NCBI GenBank assembly: GCA_046086645.1
Contig: JBJSXZ010000072.1
Location: 1-34,276, forward strand
DNA length: 34,276 nt
Direction: 5' to 3'
Source: Candidatus Limnocylindrus sp.
Lineage (GTDB): Bacteria; Chloroflexota; Limnocylindria; Limnocylindrales; Limnocylindraceae
Shown here: piece by piece, positions 1 through 8,828 of the stretch
How the letters are laid out: every line of letters begins with the position of its first letter
Numbering within the stretch: the first letter of the stretch is position 1
The notes under the pieces: generated by a model
What the model saw: only the letters and a program-made list of their open reading frames with translations
What the model was told of the DNA's origin: nothing
Database searches by the model: none
Program-made: the position numbers and the translations under genes

Positions 1-285
1 GAGGCACTGTCAGAACTACTGCGGTTTGTGGACTGTGCGCAACTCGTCGTAGTTCAGGAGCTTGGATATGCGGATGAGTTAGTCATCTCCGCGTGGAATG
101 GCTCGGCCACCGTCAATACGGCCCTCGTAGGACCAGGTGGCTTCACGCCGGTTGACTGCTGGACTCACTCTGGGCTGCCAGACCTGAGTCCAAACGAGCG
201 AGAGATGTTGCTTCGCGTAGAGCTTTACGAAACGTTGTTGGACATTGACGAGGTTATTCAAGAGCTCAAGCAAGAGGTGCACTGA
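1..285 (+). CDS. hypothetical protein, probably 5'-partial
   Basis: Frame 1 is open from base 1 to TGA 283-285, and the GTG at 28 is only the first in-window start. I recognise no motif. Confidence 0.35.
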   Translation, partial: EALSELLRFVDCAQLVVVQELGYADELVISAWNGSATVNTALVGPGGFTPVDCWTHSGLPDLSPNEREMLLRVELYETLLDIDEVIQELKQEVH

Positions 286-296
286 CGACAACCGCT

Positions 297-318
297 TTAC
301 TGACCACTTACTGACCAC
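297..318. repeat. perfect tandem duplication, 2 x 11 bp (TTACTGACCAC)
   Basis: TTACTGACCAC at 297-307 is repeated exactly at 308-318, 12 nt after the stop of the first ORF. Confidence 0.9.
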
Positions 319-327
319 GCACAAGAA

Positions 328-392
328 AGCAGCTGTTTTACGCACGAAAAGGGCGACATTCGTGCTCATCACCTGGTTACGAAACAGCTGCT
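328..392. repeat. nested inverted repeats (11-bp outer stem, 7-bp inner stem)
   Basis: Outer stem AGCAGCTGTTT (328-338) pairs with AAACAGCTGCT (382-392). Inner stem GCACGAA (342-348) pairs with TTCGTGC (359-365) around a 10-nt loop. The right outer arm overlaps the tRNA-like fragment. Confidence 0.8.
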
Positions 393-413
393 CTACCACT
401 GAGCTACATCGGC
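370..413 (-). pseudogene. tRNA-Thr(CGU)-derived 5' half, truncated (no T arm, no 3' acceptor strand)
   Basis: The minus strand from 413 reads GCCGATG-TA-GCTC-AGTGGTA-GAGC-A-GCTGT-TTCGTAA-CCAGG. That gives a canonical acceptor 5' strand, a D arm and a 7-nt loop with CGT at positions 34-36. Only 3 of 5 anticodon-stem pairs form. No GGTTCGAnnCC-type T arm and no complementary CATCGGC occur between here and the window edge. A TACAAT -10 box (minus strand, 430-425) lies 11 nt upstream of the 5' end. Confidence 0.5.
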
Positions 414-479
414 GCTGGAGTGGGATTGTAGCGGAGCGACAGGCATGGGTAGACTCGCCTTCGGAAGGGAGAGTGCGAG

Positions 480-842
480 ATGTCGCTCGTATTGGCTCGA
501 GGATGGTTCGGCACGGTAGGCGCCGGGTCGTTGCTCTTGTGCGGCGGCTATCTGGTCGGCGCAGTCCAGGGGAACCAGATGAGCCCCCTGCTCCTCGCCT
601 ACGGGATCGCCCTCGGCTGTTCGGCGCTGGTACTCTCGACGAATCGGCTGACGCGCTTGCCGTCCGCGAGCGGAGCCGCTGCACTGTGGATCTGTGTGGT
701 GCTTGCGGGATCACCGTTTCTGTGGCTCGTCGGTGTCGTGGTAACTGGTGCCCAGAGCGCCGCGGCCTATGCAGTCTTACCAGTCCTGTTGTCTGCGGCA
801 GCCAGCATAGTGATTGTGCGCGACTATCGTCGAAAGAGCTAG
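480..842 (+). CDS. hypothetical small membrane protein (about 4 TM segments)
   Basis: ATG 480 is preceded by GGAAGGGAGAG (463-473). The 120-aa product has four hydrophobic stretches. The competing long ORFs on both strands are Arg/Ser/Pro-rich frame artefacts. Confidence 0.5.
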   Translation: MSLVLARGWFGTVGAGSLLLCGGYLVGAVQGNQMSPLLLAYGIALGCSALVLSTNRLTRLPSASGAAALWICVVLAGSPFLWLVGVVVTGAQSAAAYAVLPVLLSAAASIVIVRDYRRKS

Positions 843-876
843 CTGCCCGATTACCGGAGGCTCGCAGCGGGCGTGA

Positions 877-1503
877 ATGGACGAGGGGCTCACTTGTAAG
901 AAACCAGGCGGGGCCGGACATGATACGGATGCGATGAGTGTGTCTGCAGACGCCGCAAGGTTCGAGGCCGTGCACGCCGCAGTTGCCGAACCGGTGCTGC
1001 GCTATCTCTCACGGCGAGCGCAGCCTGAGGCGGTCGAGGACCTTCATGTCGAGGTGCTGGTTACCCTCTGGAGACGCATCGACGCCGTTCCCGTGGGCGG
1101 CGAGATCCCCTGGGCGATCGGGGTCGCGCGACGTGTGCTGGCCAACCACCGCCGGGCGAACGGGCGTGCAGCGCGGCTCCTGGCGAAGCTCGCCCTCCTG
1201 ACGCCCGGCGTCGATCCCGGTCCCGAGCCGAGCGGCGGGGATGGTGAGCTGGATGAAGCGCTGGGGCGGTTGCGTGCCGACGACCGCGAGATCCTCCGGC
1301 TCTTCGCCTGGGAGCAGCTGACCCTGGGCGAGATCGCCCAGGTGCTCGGGATCTCAGCGAACGCCGCAGGAGTGCGCCTCCACCGTGCGAAGGCGCGGCT
1401 CCGCGACGAGCTGCGCGCCGACGACAAGGAGCGGAGTAAGAATCCACTGGTGGCCAGACAGGAAGAGAGTGTTGAGCGAAAGGAGGCTCGAGATGAACGA
1501 TGA
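877..1503 (+). CDS. ECF (group 4) sigma-70 family RNA polymerase sigma factor
   Basis: Region 2-like EDLHVEVLVTLWRR and a region 4 HTH, LTLGEIAQVLGISANAAGVRLHRAKARL. The start is uncertain: ATG 877 or ATG 934 (MSVSADAARFEAV). Confidence 0.85.
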   Translation: MDEGLTCKKPGGAGHDTDAMSVSADAARFEAVHAAVAEPVLRYLSRRAQPEAVEDLHVEVLVTLWRRIDAVPVGGEIPWAIGVARRVLANHRRANGRAARLLAKLALLTPGVDPGPEPSGGDGELDEALGRLRADDREILRLFAWEQLTLGEIAQVLGISANAAGVRLHRAKARLRDELRADDKERSKNPLVARQEESVERKEARDER

Positions 1504-2242
1504 ACTGCAGCGTCGGCTCGAAGCGGCCGATCCGCTCGCCGTCGGAGAGGGCTGGACCCGAACCCCGGCGCAACTGGAGCGATTGAAGGAGATCGCACTC
1601 ATGAGCGACAGACAGAGGGGCGCGGCGCGGCCGCGCATCATCGGATTCGGCGTGGTGGGAGCGGCCGCGCTGGCAGGGATCCTGCTGGCGGGGAGTTTCG
1701 GCGCACAGAACACGTTGGCGTTCAGCCCGAACGGGGTGATGGCGACCGAGGCGCAGATGGCGGCGGCCGATGCCGCCTGCACCGCACCGATCGACGGCGC
1801 CAGTGGAAGGGATCTTGAGTTGAAGAGCCTCGAACTCTTCGGCAATGGCGGCGTTGCGATCTACGGGAACGAGGAGTTCTACGGCTACTGCCTGGTGCAG
1901 GTCGACGGCGACAGCGTCGAGGCCGGAGTCCGCATCTCCGGGAACACCGTCCCTGGGTTCAAGCCGTTCATCGAGGCGGCGGGCAGCACTGAGTACGAGA
2001 ACCAGACGGTCAGCGTGATCATCGGCAATGCCCCCGAGGGCGCCACCAGTGTCGAGGTCGTCGGACTCGACGGCGTGAGCGCGACGGTCGTCGAGGGTCG
2101 CTACGGACTCTGGCTGCCGCAGTCGCTCGCCGACAGCGCCACCGAGCTGGTTGCCCGAGACGCGAACGGCGCGGAGCTGCTGCGCGCGACCATTGGAGGC
2201 GAGGTCAAGACGTTGCCGACAACGGAGCCAACACGACCGTAG
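1493..2242 (+). CDS. putative anti-sigma factor / single-pass membrane protein
   Basis: ATG 1493 follows AAGGAGG (1480-1486) and overlaps the sigma stop by 11 nt. The product has a short N-terminus, one TM segment (IIGFGVVGAAALAGILLAGSF) and an extracytoplasmic domain. The 1385 start in the ORF track lies inside the sigma gene. Confidence 0.6.
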   Translation: MNDELQRRLEAADPLAVGEGWTRTPAQLERLKEIALMSDRQRGAARPRIIGFGVVGAAALAGILLAGSFGAQNTLAFSPNGVMATEAQMAAADAACTAPIDGASGRDLELKSLELFGNGGVAIYGNEEFYGYCLVQVDGDSVEAGVRISGNTVPGFKPFIEAAGSTEYENQTVSVIIGNAPEGATSVEVVGLDGVSATVVEGRYGLWLPQSLADSATELVARDANGAELLRATIGGEVKTLPTTEPTRP

Positions 2243-2263
2243 CGCGCTGATCTTGGATTCCTC

Positions 2264-2291
2264 GACGGCCCCGCGGCGACGCGGGGCCGTC
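2264..2291. terminator. GC-rich hairpin between convergent genes (putative bidirectional terminator)
   Basis: GACGGCCCCGC (2264-2274) pairs with GCGGGGCCGTC (2281-2291), an 11-bp stem. The following T tract (GTGTTG) is only weak. Confidence 0.55.
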
Positions 2292-2374
2292 GTGTTGCTG
2301 CAGTGCGCGCCGCTATGGTGCAGCTGATCCCCTCATCAGTGTTGGGCAATCTTCGGTTATCGGCACCTGAGGGT

Positions 2375-4408
2375 TTATGGGGAAGAAGGCAGGAGAGCGT
2401 CAACATACGGAATGAGCCGTGCCGCGAGTGCCGAAGCGAGGTGCCGAGCGAATGTGGTTGTTAGGTGGTGGTGGTCATGGTAGACGACGATTCCGTCAAT
2501 CACCGGAGCACAGCGGTGCCCCGGACAGAGCGACGGGGTGAAATCAAAAACGGTCATGCGGTGTCGAGAGGCGAGGAGAAGGTCACGCTTTGTCCCCCAC
2601 GCGTAGACGGTATCCGCACGCGGGGCGACGCATGGCGATATCTCGTCGCGGTTTCGCGCAAGACAGGACGGGAGGTCTATCTGGCTATATGGATTGTCGG
2701 CAAAGATGACGACTGGTGCGATGAGTCGGTCCGTCATCGCCGCGACCGCGTCGGCCGCCTCGGAGAGCGTGTTTACCCGACCGTTCGGATCGTTGTGGCG
2801 CGACGAGGCAATGATGACCAGCACTGGCGGAGAAGCATTGAGCGACTTGATCACATTCTCACGCCAGGCGGTGCATTCCGTGAATGTACGACCGAGCCGC
2901 TCGGAGAAAACCTCGTAGTTGACAAACGGGCAGTTGGTCTTCACATATGGGTTGATCTCCCAGCCAGTCTCAGCAGCAATCGCTTCAAGTGCCGGAACCC
3001 AGTGGGCGGCATGGCTCGTCCCGACGATCGCGATGCGAGGGCCGCCGGCCGTTCCGTAGACGCAAGTCTTCGCGTTCGTTCCTGCGTCGGTGAGGCCGCA
3101 GCCTGAAGGGACGACATCGTCGGCGTCACGCGCCGCACGTTCGATGGCTGGGTGAAGGTCGGCCGGCAACGGGCCAGCCAGCTGGTGACGGCTCGTCCCG
3201 TCGATTGCAATCGGCACGAACTCAGTTGGACGTGTGCTTGGCGAGACCACAGGGTCAGGGGAGGCGATAGCGATTGGACTTGGGGTCGGGTCCTCAGCCG
3301 CTCCCATTGCTGGAGTCATGATCACAACGAGCGCAATCAGCACCGTACCCCCGAGAACACCAACTCGCGGTAGTACCTGGCCGGGCATCTCTCCGAGCAA
3401 GAACCCTGCGCGGAAGGGGCGTTCAACGAGCAGGTAGAGGAGCGTGGCGGTTGCGAACGCACCGGCGAGCGCGATAGCGATCACCTCTGGCGTCATTTCG
3501 ATCCCATACATGACGGGGAGTACGAGAAAAGGCCAGTGGAGGAGGAAGAGACTGTAGCTGATCCGCCCGACCAGCCGGAACGGGGTGAGTGAAAGTGCCC
3601 ACGCCACTGGGCCACCTGATGCGCTTCCGCCGATCAGCGCAGCCGATGCCAGGGCGGCGAGTGGGCCAACAATCCCAGGGTATCCCTCTTCGCCTGGGAT
3701 CAGGGTAAGGATCGCGATGAGGGCTGTGAGACCAGTGAGCGAGAGCGGGACGCCAAATCGGAGAAGGCGCGATTCACCGAGCGCTAGGAGCGCGCCTATC
3801 GCGAGTGCGTAAGCGCGCGATGGAAGGAGGTAGTAGGCCCAAATTGGATCTGAGGCGGTGAGCAGCACTGCGGCGAGTGCTGAGCTGAGCGCGATCGCTC
3901 CGACGAGCAGTGCGACACCGCGCTGACCGCCACCCCGAAAAGCGAGTCCGACTAGGAGTGGGACTACCAGGCAGAACTGTTCTTCAACGCCTAGTGACCA
4001 GAGTGGAAGAAAGACAGATGGCTCAAGTGGGGCGAAATAGTCTTGAAGTGAGATGGCGAAATGCACGTTTGAGGTGCCAGTGAGCGCACTGATCCCGTCA
4101 AGCGCCGCGCGCTCAAGTGCTACTGGGTCACCGAGGAACGCTACCGCACCGACGGTGAGCACAACCGCGACTAGTGCTGGTGGGAGTAGTCGGCGAAGCC
4201 GTCGAGCGTAGAATGCGGCGAGCTTGAGTCCATGCCCGGCGTCGAGCTGGCGGAGGAGTAGACCGACAATCAGATACCCAGAAAGTACGAAGAAGAGGTC
4301 TGGGCCGATTGCTGCTCCCGGGAAGGCCACGCCGGCGTGAGCGGCAATGACGAGGAGGACGGCCACGCCGCGCAGCCCTTCTAGTTCGGGACGAAATCGG
4401 GTGGTCAT
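2375..4408 (-). CDS. acyltransferase-3 family O-acyltransferase (OafA/OatA-like) with C-terminal SGNH-type domain
   Basis: The N-terminus RPELEGLRGVAVLLVIAAH is followed by about 10 hydrophobic helices. A C-terminal soluble domain carries IAIVGTSHAAHW and VYHDHHHLT. Product is 677 aa. Confidence 0.85.
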   Translation of the reverse strand: MTTRFRPELEGLRGVAVLLVIAAHAGVAFPGAAIGPDLFFVLSGYLIVGLLLRQLDAGHGLKLAAFYARRLRRLLPPALVAVVLTVGAVAFLGDPVALERAALDGISALTGTSNVHFAISLQDYFAPLEPSVFLPLWSLGVEEQFCLVVPLLVGLAFRGGGQRGVALLVGAIALSSALAAVLLTASDPIWAYYLLPSRAYALAIGALLALGESRLLRFGVPLSLTGLTALIAILTLIPGEEGYPGIVGPLAALASAALIGGSASGGPVAWALSLTPFRLVGRISYSLFLLHWPFLVLPVMYGIEMTPEVIAIALAGAFATATLLYLLVERPFRAGFLLGEMPGQVLPRVGVLGGTVLIALVVIMTPAMGAAEDPTPSPIAIASPDPVVSPSTRPTEFVPIAIDGTSRHQLAGPLPADLHPAIERAARDADDVVPSGCGLTDAGTNAKTCVYGTAGGPRIAIVGTSHAAHWVPALEAIAAETGWEINPYVKTNCPFVNYEVFSERLGRTFTECTAWRENVIKSLNASPPVLVIIASSRHNDPNGRVNTLSEAADAVAAMTDRLIAPVVIFADNPYSQIDLPSCLARNRDEISPCVAPRADTVYAWGTKRDLLLASRHRMTVFDFTPSLCPGHRCAPVIDGIVVYHDHHHLTTTFARHLASALAARLIPYVDALLPSSP

Positions 4409-4588
4409 CAGCTCATGTTTGGGCAGGCGACGCGTTAGCGGGCCGCGCCAGCAATGCCGAAGGGTACGTCGATGTGGAGAAGATACATCGCGCCTTGGCT
4501 CGCATGTGTGCTCATTCTCGCAATACTCTAGCGGATGCTCTCAACCACGCGCATCACAACCAGTCATGCAAACTAAACGTTGAGTTGG

Positions 4589-5155
4589 TTACTCGCTAAA
4601 CGAAACCTCCACTGCCGGTAGTACCGAAGCCGTTCGCCCTGGCGCGGACTGAAAACCCCAGTACATGTTGGTGTGCTTAATGATCACATCGGGCGACGGC
4701 GCACCCCAATCGGTCATGTCTTCGGTGGTGTGGGCATCGCTCACGAGCGTTACGTCATACCCGCGGGTAAACGCGCCGTGTATGGTGGAACGAATGCAGG
4801 CATCGGTCTGGGCGCCAACGACAACGAGGCGGGAGACGCTCGCGGCCGCCAAGATTGACTCAAGATCGGTCCCTTCAAATGAGTCACCGTAACGCTTGTG
4901 CACGAGCGGCTCGCCCTCAAGCCGCACGAGCTCAGGTACGTACTGCCACCCGGGACTGTTGATGACGAGTTGATCATCGGAATGCTGCACCCACACAACA
5001 GGTGCCCCCGAGCGTCGTGCCGAAGTAAGCAGCGCTGCGATCGTGCTGATGACTTCACTACGGTGATACGCAGCAGCCATGACGCCAATTTGAACGTCAA
5101 TAATTAATAATCCAGTCTTCGTACGTTGAGGCTGTAGTGTGCTCATCGCATGCAT
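4589..5155 (-). CDS. isochorismatase-family cysteine hydrolase
   Basis: GLLIIDVQ and VVVGAQTDACIRSTIHGA match the Asp/Lys/Cys hydrolase pattern. ATG 5155 (or 5146) is preferred, because the 5242 start would overlap the divergent gene at 5208. Confidence 0.8.
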   Translation of the reverse strand: MHAMSTLQPQRTKTGLLIIDVQIGVMAAAYHRSEVISTIAALLTSARRSGAPVVWVQHSDDQLVINSPGWQYVPELVRLEGEPLVHKRYGDSFEGTDLESILAAASVSRLVVVGAQTDACIRSTIHGAFTRGYDVTLVSDAHTTEDMTDWGAPSPDVIIKHTNMYWGFQSAPGRTASVLPAVEVSFSE

Positions 5156-5207
5156 TCTCGCACACGCAGGATCCCTGGCGGAGGCCAGATTGGTATAGTG
5201 CGAATCA

Positions 5208-5687
5208 ATGACTGCAACGAATCCCTGCCTTTGGTTTGACACTAAGGCCGAAGAGGCGGCGAACTTTTATGTTTCGCTCTTCCCCGATAGCACCGTTGAT
5301 GAGGTGGTACGGAGTCCGGATGCCTACCATGGTGGATCCAAAGGGAGCGTGCTCGCCGTCCGATTTAACCTGTCAGGGGCGCCGTTCCTTGCACTAAATG
5401 GGGGACCACAATTCCCGTTCACCGAAGCGGTCTCATTTCAAATTGATTGTGAAGACCAGGCAGAGGTCGACCATTTCTGGGAAGGGCTGGTCACCGGTGG
5501 GGGCGAGCACGGCCAGTGCGGGTGGCTCAAAGATCGATTTGGCCTCTCGTGGCAGGTAAATCCGAGGGAGATGAATCGCTATCTTGGAGGCCCAGACCCT
5601 GCTGGTGCGGCGCGCGCCATGCAGGCGATGATGGGGATGAAAAAGTTGATTGTGGCTCAACTCAAGGCGGCGTACGAGGGAGTGTAG
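5208..5687 (+). CDS. VOC-superfamily protein (PhnB / 3-demethylubiquinone-9 3-methyltransferase-like domain)
   Basis: CLWFD..AEEAANFYVSLF .. GQCGWLKDRFGLSWQV. TATAGT (5194-5199) lies 8 nt upstream of the ATG. Confidence 0.75.
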   Translation: MTATNPCLWFDTKAEEAANFYVSLFPDSTVDEVVRSPDAYHGGSKGSVLAVRFNLSGAPFLALNGGPQFPFTEAVSFQIDCEDQAEVDHFWEGLVTGGGEHGQCGWLKDRFGLSWQVNPREMNRYLGGPDPAGAARAMQAMMGMKKLIVAQLKAAYEGV

Positions 5688-5740
5688 GGAATCCGCTTGC
5701 TGAGGTTTCACCGGCCAATCTTCTGCTATGGTTTCAGTTA

Positions 5741-6421
5741 ATGAGCAATGCACGAACATCTTCCCGAATTTTATTTGGTGTCAATGCCGTGGCGGCCTGG
5801 ATCGGCTACGGCGGACAGCTGCTAGTCAATATTTTCTATCTCGTTCCGTCGGCACCGCAACTTGACCCGAACCTCGTCGGGCATAGCGAGCCTGGATGGG
5901 CAGGTTCCGTCGGTCGTGTCTTTGACTCATTCAGTTACTTCACCAACTGGAGCAACCTCATCGTCTGCATCACGTTGACGATGCTCTTCCTCAATCCGGA
6001 GCGCACTGGTCGCTGGTTCAACACCTTGCGCCACACAGGCATTCTCATGATCACGATGGCCGGGATCCTCTTCCATATTTTGATTGCGCCCTACTACGCA
6101 CCGGAGAGCTGGAATGCAGTCACGAGCCTCTTCGAGCACTACATCACCCCCATCCTGACCGTGCTGGTCTGGGTGGCAATTGGGCCGCGCGGAACCTACA
6201 CGTTCAAGGAGACCTTCAAGGTCTTTATCATTCCAATCATCTACCTGATCTACACCTTCGCGCGTGGTGCGATCGCGAGTGTCTACCCGTATGACTTCTT
6301 CAATGTGGTGAAGTGGGGCTATCCGTCGGTACTCACCCTCGTGGCCGAAGTCATCATTGCGGGGTACGTGGTTGCGCTCTTCTATCTTGGCGTTGAGCGC
6401 CTCAGGAGCCCTCGCCGCTAG
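5741..6421 (+). CDS. polytopic membrane protein, candidate FAR-17a/AIG1-like (Pr6Pr-type) family
   Basis: ATG 5741 (MSNARTSS) avoids overlap with the VOC gene. The product has about 6 hydrophobic helices, and SYFTNWSN and LFEHYITP resemble the Thr/His-bearing helices of AIG1/ADTRP-like proteins. The family assignment is from memory, not a search. Confidence 0.55.
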   Translation: MSNARTSSRILFGVNAVAAWIGYGGQLLVNIFYLVPSAPQLDPNLVGHSEPGWAGSVGRVFDSFSYFTNWSNLIVCITLTMLFLNPERTGRWFNTLRHTGILMITMAGILFHILIAPYYAPESWNAVTSLFEHYITPILTVLVWVAIGPRGTYTFKETFKVFIIPIIYLIYTFARGAIASVYPYDFFNVVKWGYPSVLTLVAEVIIAGYVVALFYLGVERLRSPRR

Positions 6422-6423
6422 AA

Positions 6424-7143
6424 CTACGGGTTCAGATCCTCGACTTCTCCAGAGGCCAGGAAGACAATATCTTCGGCGATGTTCGTCACTCGATCTCCGA
6501 TGCGTTCCAGATAGTGTGCTGCAAAGAGAATTGCCGTTCCAGCGTCAACCTTGCTCGAGTCGTCGCGCATCGTCTTTAGCAGAGATTCAAAGAGTTTGCG
6601 GTACCGATTGTCAACCTCGTCGTCACGTGCAGCAACCTGGCGCGCAGCACGCTCGTCAACATCGACGAGCGCATGGGTTACCCCTCGAACCAGATCTGCA
6701 ACCATGAGTCCAAGTTCAGTCACCCGCGCGACCTCTGGGAGTGTAGCGAGCGGTGCCAAACGCTGTGATTGTTTTGCGACAGAGGCTGCATGGTCTCCCA
6801 TGCGTTCCAGTTCATATGAGACGTGGTCAAGGGTGAGTAGATACCTCAGGTCTCTTGCTACGGGATTTTGCGTAGCAATCGCACCTGCAATGAGCGCCGT
6901 AGTTTTTTGCTGCAATTCGTTGATGCGGCGATCTTCTTCAATAACTCCGCTTGCGGCTCGCGAGTCGTGATTCCCTAGGGATTCGAGAGCAGCGCGGACC
7001 TGCTCTTCAACGAGTGCTCCCATTCGCAATACGCCATCCTTTATCTCGATTAGCGCACGGTCATATCCCGTTCTAACTCCGTGGCTCGTGACCCCGCGAT
7101 TGTTATCTCGGATGTTCTCGTTCACAATAACCCCCTCAACCAA
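6424..7143 (-). CDS. phoU: phosphate signalling complex protein PhoU
   Basis: Duplicated PhoU motifs [15 protein letters not shown] and [18 protein letters not shown]. It lies immediately downstream of pstB. Confidence 0.9.
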   Translation of the reverse strand: MVEGVIVNENIRDNNRGVTSHGVRTGYDRALIEIKDGVLRMGALVEEQVRAALESLGNHDSRAASGVIEEDRRINELQQKTTALIAGAIATQNPVARDLRYLLTLDHVSYELERMGDHAASVAKQSQRLAPLATLPEVARVTELGLMVADLVRGVTHALVDVDERAARQVAARDDEVDNRYRKLFESLLKTMRDDSSKVDAGTAILFAAHYLERIGDRVTNIAEDIVFLASGEVEDLNP

Positions 7144-7966
7144 ATCTTCCCGATACGTAATCTTCCGTCATTGAATTCTGTGGCTTTGTGAAAATATCTA
7201 CAGTTTTCCCGAATTCCACTACATATCCAGCCCGATCATCATCCATGTTCAAGAAAACGGTGTGGTCAGATGCACGTGCAGCTTGCTGCATGTTATGCGT
7301 AACGATAACGATGCTGTAGTTCGTCTTTAGCTCGAACATCAATTCTTCAATTTGAAGTGTTGCACGAGGATCGAGGGCGGAGCACGGTTCATCCATGAGG
7401 ATGACATCTGGATTTGTGGCAATAGCCCGAGCGATGCAGAGTCGCTGTTGCTGACCGCCAGAAAGGGCCAGACCGGAAGTTGAAAGCTTATCTTTCACGT
7501 CGTTCCAAAGTGCTGCACGGCGCAGGCTAGCCTCTACGTGTTCATCGAGGTCGCCCTTGAACCCTTGTATACGTAGACCAAACGCAACGTTCTCGTAGAT
7601 AGATTTTGGAAACGGGTTGGCCTTCTGAAATACCATGCCGATCCGCCGCCGAACCTCCACGGGATCGACGCCTTTTTCGTAGAGGTTTTCGCCGTGGTAG
7701 AGGATTTCGCCAGAGATGCGAGCTCCGGGAATGAGATCGTTCATGCGGTTGATCGAGCGAAGAAGCGTAGATTTGCCGCATCCTGAAGGTCCAATAAGTG
7801 CGGTGATTTCTCGTTCTGGCAGCTCGATAGAAATATCTTTGACTGCCCGAAATGCACCGTAAAAGCAATTAACCTTGCGCAGTTCCAAGACTGATTTAAC
7901 GGCAGGAAAAGTTTCTGCCGAAGATTGGGTGATCATTAGGTCGTCATTATGCACTATGGCGACCAT
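7136..7966 (-). CDS. pstB: phosphate ABC transporter ATP-binding protein PstB
   Basis: Walker [10 protein letters not shown], signature LSGGQQQRL and Walker B ILMDEP. ATG 7966 is preceded by AGAAGG. ATG 7936 is an alternative, and the 8047 start lies inside pstA. Confidence 0.9.
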   Translation of the reverse strand: MVAIVHNDDLMITQSSAETFPAVKSVLELRKVNCFYGAFRAVKDISIELPEREITALIGPSGCGKSTLLRSINRMNDLIPGARISGEILYHGENLYEKGVDPVEVRRRIGMVFQKANPFPKSIYENVAFGLRIQGFKGDLDEHVEASLRRAALWNDVKDKLSTSGLALSGGQQQRLCIARAIATNPDVILMDEPCSALDPRATLQIEELMFELKTNYSIVIVTHNMQQAARASDHTVFLNMDDDRAGYVVEFGKTVDIFTKPQNSMTEDYVSGRFG

Positions 7967-8828
7967 CGAAGCGCCTTCTAAGAACGACAGCAAGGCCGCT
8001 AATTGTGAGTACAACGAATAGAAGCACGATAATAGCTGCGGCGGCATCTTCGCGGAATGCCTCTTGTGGACGTCGCGACCAGTCGTAGATGATTACTGGT
8101 AGCGCCGTATAGGTGCTAGTGAGCATTTTTGCGGCATTCACTCCGGAGAATGAGCCGAGCACTGCTCCAGCTACGACGAGTGGTGCCGTCTCGCCAAGCG
8201 CGCGAGTCAGCGCCAAGATCATCCCTGTGAGGATGCTTGGAGCTGCGGCCGGAAGCACGAGGCGGCGTGTGACTTCCCACGGCGATGCGCCGATGCCGTA
8301 GCCTGCCTCTCGCAGCGAATGGGGGACCGCACGCAATGCCTCGGAGGCAGTGATCACCACGATTGGCAGGACGAGCACCGCGAGCGTTGCGCCGCCGGCA
8401 AGCGCACTTCGCCCCAACAGTGGGACAAACACCGCCAGGCCGAGCAGCCCATAGACAACCGATGGAACACCAGAGAGATTGCGGATATTCACCCGGATAA
8501 TTCGAGGAACAATACTTGTGCCCGCGTACTCTTCGAGGTAGATAGCCGTCGCGATGCCGAGAGGGAATGCAATCGCAGCCACCAGCGCTACCAGTATTGC
8601 GCTTCCAAGCAGCCCCTGAAAAATCCCAGCACTAGCGGCACTAGACGATAAGGATGAGGAAAGGAAGTTCCCACCCCTTTCGAAAAGGACAGGCGCTCCT
8701 CTTAGTATCACATCAATGAGGAGGGCGAACAATGCGCTGAGTGTGAAAAGCAAACTAGCAAGCATGAGAAGAGAGAAGGTCGCGCTTCGGAGGTCAATTT
8801 GCTGTGAGCGCCCCATCGAGCGTTTCAT
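7947..8828 (-). CDS. pstA: phosphate ABC transporter permease PstA
   Basis: Polytopic permease with an EAA-like loop ([16 protein letters not shown]). It lies between pstC and pstB, with 4-nt overlap coupling to pstC. Confidence 0.9.
   Translation of the reverse strand: MKRSMGRSQQIDLRSATFSLLMLASLLFTLSALFALLIDVILRGAPVLFERGGNFLSSSLSSSAASAGIFQGLLGSAILVALVAAIAFPLGIATAIYLEEYAGTSIVPRIIRVNIRNLSGVPSVVYGLLGLAVFVPLLGRSALAGGATLAVLVLPIVVITASEALRAVPHSLREAGYGIGASPWEVTRRLVLPAAAPSILTGMILALTRALGETAPLVVAGAVLGSFSGVNAAKMLTSTYTALPVIIYDWSRRPQEAFREDAAAAIIVLLFVVLTISGLAVVLRRRFDGRHSA

Noticed and set aside
225-385. The 9-mer TTACGAAAC occurs twice (225-233 and 377-385, the latter being the tRNA anticodon-loop region); considered as an att core duplication.
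   Set aside because: It is too short to be conclusive, and the first copy lies inside a coding frame with no flanking similarity. It is kept only as a note under the tRNA-fragment finding.
79-975. Long overlapping ORFs 79-975 (-) and 245-937 (+), of 298 and 230 aa.
   Set aside because: The translations are Arg/Ser/Pro-rich and low-complexity, typical of wrong-frame reading in GC-rich DNA. They run through the tRNA-like fragment and repeats and overlap better-supported genes.
1044-1845. Antisense ORFs 1044-1598, 1061-1573 and 1354-1845 opposite the sigma/anti-sigma genes.
   Set aside because: The sense strand has clear sigma-70 region 2/4 motifs and translational coupling. The antisense products are Arg/Ala/Ser-rich with no motifs.
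5516-5740. N-terminal extension of the membrane-protein ORF, with a start at 5516.
   Set aside because: The extension overlaps the 3' end of the VOC gene in another frame and is Arg/Gly/Trp-rich. ATG 5741 gives a sensible N-terminus just after the VOC stop.
5741-6421. Considered whether this polytopic, His-containing membrane protein could be the missing Blh/Brp beta-carotene dioxygenase for the rhodopsin.
   Set aside because: It lacks the Blh/Brp signatures I recall (N-terminal PHGAxD, HFGxxD, paired His near the C-terminus). It is also about 10 kb from the rhodopsin and shorter than typical Blh.
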